13,363 bases of DNA from contig JBDQPD010000097.1 in assembly GCA_040260805.1 (NCBI GenBank), forward strand, positions 1 through 13,363, in the 5' to 3' direction. The DNA comes from Myxococcota bacterium (GTDB taxonomy: Bacteria > Myxococcota > UBA4151). Positions 8,509 to 13,363 of the stretch are shown here, in pieces (positions within the stretch are counted from its first letter, which is position 1; each line of letters opens with the position of its first letter). The notes below the pieces were generated by a model. The model searched no databases and was not told the DNA's origin. It saw only the letters and a list, made by a program, of their open reading frames with translations. Both the position numbers and the translations under genes were made by a program.

Positions 8509-9389
8509 GAGCCGCCCTCCAGCGCCACCTCAGCGTTCGCCTTGGGTTTGCGCCTGCGGCGCTTCTCGAGTCGAGCGAGTGATCGCTGCTCGATCGCGGC
8601 CGAGCTGTAGCTTAGCGGCGTGGCGACGGGGCGCTCGTTTTGGTCTTCGACGAAGCTCTTCTCGCCGTAGCTGAGCTCTTCACAACGCCAAGTCCCAAAG
8701 ATCCGATCCCACCAGTGGATGGTCTGGGCGAAGTTGACGTGAAAATAGGTATGGTGATCGTCGTGGAACGCTGCGGGGCCTTGCCAAGGCAGCACCATAC
8801 CAAAGCGAATACCCGAGTGATCGATCAAAGAGACCGTGTGCTGGTACAGCAGCACGCCAATCACCCCAGCCGGGTGCAGAGGCAGAAAGAAAATCGGAGA
8901 CATGCTGACGATTTGAAAGGTCAGCAGCTCAAAGGGGTGGGCGGCGACCGCCGTAAAGGCGCTCGGCGTGCGGTAGCGATGATGGATGCAATGGGCAAAA
9001 CGGTAAGGCCCCTTGCGGTGCATCCAGCGGTGCGCCCAGTACAGACCAAAATCACCCACGACGAAGAACGCAATCGTCGAGCCGATGGTGTAGGCCCAGC
9101 CATAATCAGCGACGTCAAAGTAGAGCATGCTGAAGCCGCCGGTGACGACGTGGTAGTACAGGATCCCGCTGATCACAGAGAGCATGATCATATTGAGCGT
9201 GCCGAGTTTGCGCTCTTCCTTGGCTAAGCGCTTGGGCGCCCAGCGGTCGGGCTGCACCTTCCAGGTCTCAGGCTCGTCTTTGCGTTGCTTGTAGTAGATC
9301 CAATCGAGAAAGAGGCTCGGGATCCAATACACCGCCAACCCACCACCGACGGTGATCGCAAAGCACTCAAGCAACAACAGCCAATCCAT
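8505..9389 (-). CDS. Sterol desaturase / fatty acid hydroxylase superfamily protein (ERG3/SC5D-like)
   Basis: Three His boxes (HRWMH, HCIHH, HDDHH) plus HPFE, DHSG and WWDRIFGT, with TM segments. The start was reassigned to ATG 9389 because an AGGAG RBS lies 7 nt upstream. Confidence 0.9.
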   Translation of the reverse strand: MDWLLLLECFAITVGGGLAVYWIPSLFLDWIYYKQRKDEPETWKVQPDRWAPKRLAKEERKLGTLNMIMLSVISGILYYHVVTGGFSMLYFDVADYGWAYTIGSTIAFFVVGDFGLYWAHRWMHRKGPYRFAHCIHHRYRTPSAFTAVAAHPFELLTFQIVSMSPIFFLPLHPAGVIGVLLYQHTVSLIDHSGIRFGMVLPWQGPAAFHDDHHTYFHVNFAQTIHWWDRIFGTWRCEELSYGEKSFVEDQNERPVATPLSYSSAAIEQRSLARLEKRRRRKPKANAEVALEGGS

Positions 9390-9396
9390 AATGTTG

Positions 9397-9401
9397 CTCC
9401 T
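9397..9401 (-). promoter_or_regulatory. Shine-Dalgarno AGGAG for the desaturase gene
   Basis: AGGAG 7 nt upstream of ATG 9389. Confidence 0.7.
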
Positions 9402-9425
9402 GACCAAGGGTTGGCAACACAACGT

Positions 9426-9441
9426 CTAGAACGCGTTCTAG
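9426..9441. promoter_or_regulatory. Perfect 16-bp palindrome CTAGAACGCGTTCTAG, putative operator of a dimeric (TetR/KstR-like) regulator
   Basis: Self-complementary 16-mer in the divergent intergenic region. The inner 14 bp TAGAACGCGTTCTA fits TnnAACnnGTTnnA, and it overlaps a minus-strand TTGACT -35-like hexamer (9445-9440). Confidence 0.65.
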
Positions 9442-9501
9442 TCAAGGGCAGGCCGCTATTTCGGGTTGGTCAACGCAGGCTAACCTCGGTAGGAAAGAGC
9501 C

Positions 9502-10296
9502 ATGATGAATCTAGCTCTGACTCTTGTGCTTCTCGCAGCGGCCCCTGCGGACAAACCGGCTGAGTTGCCCAAACTCGCGGTGATGGACCTTGAGCTCAAG
9601 CGCGGCCTGGATAAGGCAACCGCCGAGATGCTCAACGAGTTGATGCTGGATCGCCTGAGCCGGTCCAAACGCTTTGACACCGTGATCGGCGGCTCGGATT
9701 TGCGTGAGATGCTGAGTTTAGAGGAGCAGAAGGTGGCGCTGGGTTGCGACGCCGACAGCTGCCTAGCAGAGCTCGGAGGCGCGCTCGGTGTACCGCTCAT
9801 GATGTCCTCAAGCCTGGGCACATTCGCCGGGAACTACATTTTGAATCTCAAGCTGATCAGCGTCGAGGACGCTAAGGTTCTGGCTCGCTCGAGTCGCGTG
9901 GTCAAAGACGAGACCAAGCTGCTCGATGAGCTGACCGCGAGTCTCGACCAGATCGTGCGCGAGGGCATGACCGCTCCCGCTGCCAAGACTGAAGCACCAC
10001 AAGCGACACCCAAAACGCCGACAAAAGCGGCTCCTGCGGTAAAACAGGGCTCCAAGCTGTGGGCTAAGATTTCGGGTGTGACGCTGCTCGCTGGCGGGGT
10101 CGTGACCGGCACGGTCTTTAACAACCCAGGTGACGTCTCGCTGGAGCAATCGATGAACGACTACAAGACCGGCGGTTCGAGTTGGGCAGAATTCTCCGCT
10201 GATGTTGAGCGCCGCAATGTGTTTAACGGGCTCGGTGTTGGGCTTTCGATTACCGGAGCCATCTTAGCGGCTTATGGCTGGTTGGGGGGCTCATGA
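9502..10296 (+). CDS. Exported protein with CsgG/FlgO/TolB-N-like alpha/beta domain, Pro/Ala/Lys linker and C-terminal hydrophobic segments
   Basis: Signal peptide MMNLALTLVLLAAAPA, then LAVMDL...LGCDADSCLAELGGALG...LNLKLI, a pattern common in myxobacterial envelope proteins. Two Gly-rich hydrophobic helices at the C-terminus. AGGA upstream. Confidence 0.75.
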   Translation: MMNLALTLVLLAAAPADKPAELPKLAVMDLELKRGLDKATAEMLNELMLDRLSRSKRFDTVIGGSDLREMLSLEEQKVALGCDADSCLAELGGALGVPLMMSSSLGTFAGNYILNLKLISVEDAKVLARSSRVVKDETKLLDELTASLDQIVREGMTAPAAKTEAPQATPKTPTKAAPAVKQGSKLWAKISGVTLLAGGVVTGTVFNNPGDVSLEQSMNDYKTGGSSWAEFSADVERRNVFNGLGVGLSITGAILAAYGWLGGS

Positions 10297-11390
10297 TGCG
10301 CAAGGCTCTATGGCTCGTTGTCCTCGGCGGCTGCTTGCCCATCGATGCTGAGGTGGTGACGTTTCACGATTCGATGGATCGAGCGAGGCTTGAGTGGTGC
10401 GATAATCTTCGCTCGGATTGGTGTCCGACGATTGATGGGAAGTGTGTATCGGTGCGGATCGGTCCCGATCAGGAACCACTAGCCGGCGATGACAACTCAG
10501 AGACTTATGACCGGATGTCAGCCTGTCTTTTGCCTTGTTCGGACCAAGCTCAGTGTCCCATCGATCACTTGTGCAATGAGGTCACCACGAACGATGGCGA
10601 AACGACGCATCGCTGCGTCCCACGAACATTCTGCAGGGGCGCTGCTGACTGCGGACAGTCAAAGTACGGAGGGCATTTGTTCAACTCCTCCTGCAAACCT
10701 CTCGGGACTCCGATCTGTCGTCAGGTGGCTGATGCGAGCTTATTGAGTTGCCAAAACGATGCCGACTGCACCGCGCTCCACGGCGAAGGCGCTGTCTGTC
10801 ATTTGCAGGCCTGTGAGTTCGCTGCGCAGGGCGCGGACAGCTGCCTGCCCGATCGTTTCATGGACGGCGAGTGCGTGCATGAACCGGCGCCAGCAGAAGA
10901 TCCGCTCAGCCGACTGCTCGGACACCTTCCAAATCTTGGCATCGATGATTCGGGATGTGACCTTGGGCAGTGCAATGACGGGTTAGGGGTGTGTGTAAGC
11001 CTTACGTCTGGGGTTCAGCGTTGCTGGCCTCTAGAGCAAGACGGAGCGTGCCCTCCGGGGTGGAGTGCCGTCTCGGTTTCCGTTGAGCCTCGGATTTCCA
11101 ATGTTAAGGTCTGCATCCCACCGGTTCCCTGCATGCCCAACGGCAAACGAAGCGGTAATGACCACGAGCGCGCCCACTGCCCAGGCTTATCCGATGGCCA
11201 TCAAGCCTGTCCGTCAGGTTCGATGATAAAGGTGCTCTCCAACCGCGTGGCCTGCGGCGAGGCTGACGGTGCGCAAGCCTGTCCCGAAGGGAGCTCTTGC
11301 GTCGACACGGTCTGCGTGGTCACGAGCGAAAGCAGCTTTGAGGCATGGCAGATGCACAGTATTCCGACCTGCGAGCTTCAACGGCGATAA
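10293..11390 (+). CDS. Cys-rich lipoprotein
   Basis: Signal peptide with lipobox LGGC (Cys14) and 32 further Cys, including CxxxxxC repeats. ATGA overlap with the upstream gene. Confidence 0.8.
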   Translation: MMRKALWLVVLGGCLPIDAEVVTFHDSMDRARLEWCDNLRSDWCPTIDGKCVSVRIGPDQEPLAGDDNSETYDRMSACLLPCSDQAQCPIDHLCNEVTTNDGETTHRCVPRTFCRGAADCGQSKYGGHLFNSSCKPLGTPICRQVADASLLSCQNDADCTALHGEGAVCHLQACEFAAQGADSCLPDRFMDGECVHEPAPAEDPLSRLLGHLPNLGIDDSGCDLGQCNDGLGVCVSLTSGVQRCWPLEQDGACPPGWSAVSVSVEPRISNVKVCIPPVPCMPNGKRSGNDHERAHCPGLSDGHQACPSGSMIKVLSNRVACGEADGAQACPEGSSCVDTVCVVTSESSFEAWQMHSIPTCELQRR

Positions 11391-11402
11391 CCGTCAAACG
11401 AA

Positions 11403-13363
11403 CTAGCTTTCGTTCGGCTCTTCGATTTCTGGTTGCGCTTCCACCAAGCGCTCCCAGCCTTCAGGCAAGAGCTCAGCAATCTCAGACGGGTCCTCCAAGC
11501 TGTTCACGTAGAGCTTGAGCACCAGGTCGTTGGGGACGTTGGGATTAAAGGTCGCCTTGGCGTCCCAATCGGGTTTGCCCTCGACGCCCCACAAGAAATC
11601 CCACTGACCGCTGATCACGTTGGAGTTGATCGGGTTGCGGTTCTCGTCGAGCTCGACCCAAAACTTCACCCCCCCGTAGGTTGAGCCTTTGTTGCCCATG
11701 CCAAAGAAGACCACGTTGTCGGGGTCTTGCACGACGCCTTTATAACCCTTGAGCCCTTTGACGTCCTCAGGGATCCAGCTGGGTTTGTCCTCGCTGGTCT
11801 TATCCCAGCGGTTGATCTCTTCGATGGTGCGGGTGCCGTTCGCCACGCTCGAGCCGGTCCAGGAGTCAGCGGCGAAGACGCCCTTGTTGCGGATAATGTA
11901 CGTCATCGCTTCTTCGGCTAAGATCTCGTTCTCGTCTTCACGCACCACGTAGGCGAGCTCACTCACCGGAATGCGCTTGTCGTCGCCCCGCGTCGTCTTG
12001 ACCAATAAATCGCCGGTGATCTTGGCGTCGTCGCTGTTGGTGAGCTCGAGCGTGCCATCCGCTAGGGTCTTGGCGCCGCTAAAGTTGACATTACTCAGTA
12101 AGCTGCCCGTCGCTTCGGTACCATCTTTGAGCACGATCGTGTCCTTGGTCGCTCCGCTGGCTAAGACGCCGCTTTGCGAGGCTCTGCGGATGCTTGCGAC
12201 CTCGTCGGCGGCGAACTCTTTGCTCCCGTCTTCAAGCTTGAGCCCGAGGCTGCCGCTCGGTGCGTTGGCGCGATCGCCAATCACGACCATCGAGTCGCCG
12301 GCGCGGTGGGTGTCGGCGTGGTAAAAATCGATCTCGCTGCTGACCTTGCCTTGAACGATGGTGCCGTCTTTGAGGTGCAACTCGTCGGGATTGTCATCGT
12401 AGCGATTGCCCGCTTGGGTGTGCCGGGGGAAGATCTCGGTGAGTCGGCGCCCGACCATGTCGCGCACCTCTTTTTTGGTGAAGGTGAACTCGTTGTCGCC
12501 AGACTTGATGGTCACATCACGGCCGGGCTGGGGGAAGCCGTACTTGAGGGTCACTAAGCCCTGCATGGCGTTGCGATCACAAAATCCCCACCACGAGGCG
12601 CTGTACGAGCCGGTCGATTTGCCGTCGCCCTTGACCTTGCCGTCAGCTGCCACGATCACGTTGGTGACGTCGTTAGCGGGCACCTCGTCACCGGCGGCGT
12701 TCTTAAAGACCGGGGCCCAGGTGTTCTCGTCGATGAGCTTGGCTTCGACTTTGAGCTCTTCGCCGCTCTCGTCGTGCTTGGGGACCAGGCGGTCACCGCT
12801 GGCGCTGTCGAGCGTTACAAAGTTGTTCCAGGCGTAAAAATCGACCTTCATGTCAAAGCTCGAGTCGAGTTTTCGGTCACCAATGGCTTGATGATCCACC
12901 GGCAACTTGCTGGCAAAGTCCACGCCGGTCGACTTGATGGCGCTGGACTCTTTAAAGCTCGAGCTTGGCTTCGTATTGCCGGTCTCTTCTCGAATGATCC
13001 AGTTGAGCGGGCTCTTCTTCTCGAAGGCTTCAGCTTTGGCGGGTTTACCCTCGGCGGTGAGCACCTCATCGATCTTCTTCGCAGTCGAGACGAAGGCGCC
13101 GTTCATGCTCATATAAGCGGACCACTTTTTCTTCTTGTCGATGTCAAAGTCGCCTTGAGTGCGCTCGGGGTCGGTGCCCCAAGCGAGCTCCCAGGCGGTG
13201 CCGAGCATGTCGCCATCGGGGTCTTTCGCGCCGTAGGCCTGAGCGAGCGGCGAATCGAAATAGGCTTTGAGCAGACCTTGGCGGGCTTCGACCGCCTCGG
13301 CTCCTGAGGCGTTCTCGTTGATCACCTTGGCGTAGTCTTGAAACAGATACAGCGCGTTCTTAG
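11403..13363 (-). CDS. Large protein, 5'-truncated, with a transglutaminase-elicitor (GP42-like) cysteine catalytic domain
   Basis: The frame stays open upstream of 13325 to the window edge (..KNALYLFQDYAKVINEN). The motifs WWGFC...P...VT....FT..E, FAAD.....V.N, FWVELD, DFLW and NPNV match the order seen in TGase-elicitor family proteins, recognised by eye. Confidence 0.65.
   Translation of the reverse strand, partial: KNALYLFQDYAKVINENASGAEAVEARQGLLKAYFDSPLAQAYGAKDPDGDMLGTAWELAWGTDPERTQGDFDIDKKKKWSAYMSMNGAFVSTAKKIDEVLTAEGKPAKAEAFEKKSPLNWIIREETGNTKPSSSFKESSAIKSTGVDFASKLPVDHQAIGDRKLDSSFDMKVDFYAWNNFVTLDSASGDRLVPKHDESGEELKVEAKLIDENTWAPVFKNAAGDEVPANDVTNVIVAADGKVKGDGKSTGSYSASWWGFCDRNAMQGLVTLKYGFPQPGRDVTIKSGDNEFTFTKKEVRDMVGRRLTEIFPRHTQAGNRYDDNPDELHLKDGTIVQGKVSSEIDFYHADTHRAGDSMVVIGDRANAPSGSLGLKLEDGSKEFAADEVASIRRASQSGVLASGATKDTIVLKDGTEATGSLLSNVNFSGAKTLADGTLELTNSDDAKITGDLLVKTTRGDDKRIPVSELAYVVREDENEILAEEAMTYIIRNKGVFAADSWTGSSVANGTRTIEEINRWDKTSEDKPSWIPEDVKGLKGYKGVVQDPDNVVFFGMGNKGSTYGGVKFWVELDENRNPINSNVISGQWDFLWGVEGKPDWDAKATFNPNVPNDLVLKLYVNSLEDPSEIAELLPEGWERLVEAQPEIEEPNES
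11940..12386 (-). repeat. Protein-level tandem duplication (~70 aa x2) inside the transglutaminase-like gene
   Basis: DELHLKDGTIVQGKVSSEIDF...SGSLGLKLEDGSKEFAADEVASIRR aligns with DTIVLKDGTEATGSLLSNVNF...TGDLLVKTTRGDDKRIPVSELAYVVR. Confidence 0.6.

Noticed and set aside
9390..9422. Upstream start (MCCQPL...) for the desaturase
   Set aside because: ATG 9389 has a proper AGGAG RBS, and the extension overlaps the leader/promoter region.
9429..9438. Palindrome as a Gram-positive-type LexA (GAAC-N4-GTTC) box
   Set aside because: The spacing is N2, not N4, and the flanking genes are not SOS genes.
11391..11402. Bidirectional terminator between the convergent genes
   Set aside because: The gap is only 12 nt and no convincing hairpin is visible.
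338..13307. Numerous antisense and alternate-frame ORFs (e.g. 3330-3932, 8640-9227, 12774-13307)
   Set aside because: They are shadow ORFs of GC-rich genes, with no recognisable motifs.
13323..13325. GTG at 13325 as the start of the 640-aa ORF
   Set aside because: The frame is open to the window edge and no RBS is evident, so the gene probably starts outside the window.

Overview
GC-rich bacterial DNA, densely coding; the protein styles (Cys-rich secreted proteins and lipoproteins, a CsgG/FlgO-like exported protein) suggest a Myxococcota/deltaproteobacterial-type genome, which is an inference. The left ~9.4 kb is all minus strand. In transcription order it holds: a sterol-desaturase/fatty-acid-hydroxylase gene, a CruF-like polytopic membrane protein, a prolyl oligopeptidase, a 214-aa hypothetical, a secreted Cys-rich DUF4476-like protein, then an oleA-oleB-oleC-oleD olefin (head-to-head hydrocarbon) biosynthesis operon. 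oleD is cut by the window edge and is absent from the ORF track. A perfect 16-bp palindrome matching the KstR operator pattern (TnnAACnnGTTnnA) lies just upstream of the desaturase gene. Two coupled plus-strand envelope genes diverge from that region. They converge on a large, 5'-truncated minus-strand gene that looks like a divergent transglutaminase-elicitor (GP42-like) protein with an internal tandem duplication. No RNA genes, CRISPR arrays or mobile elements were seen.
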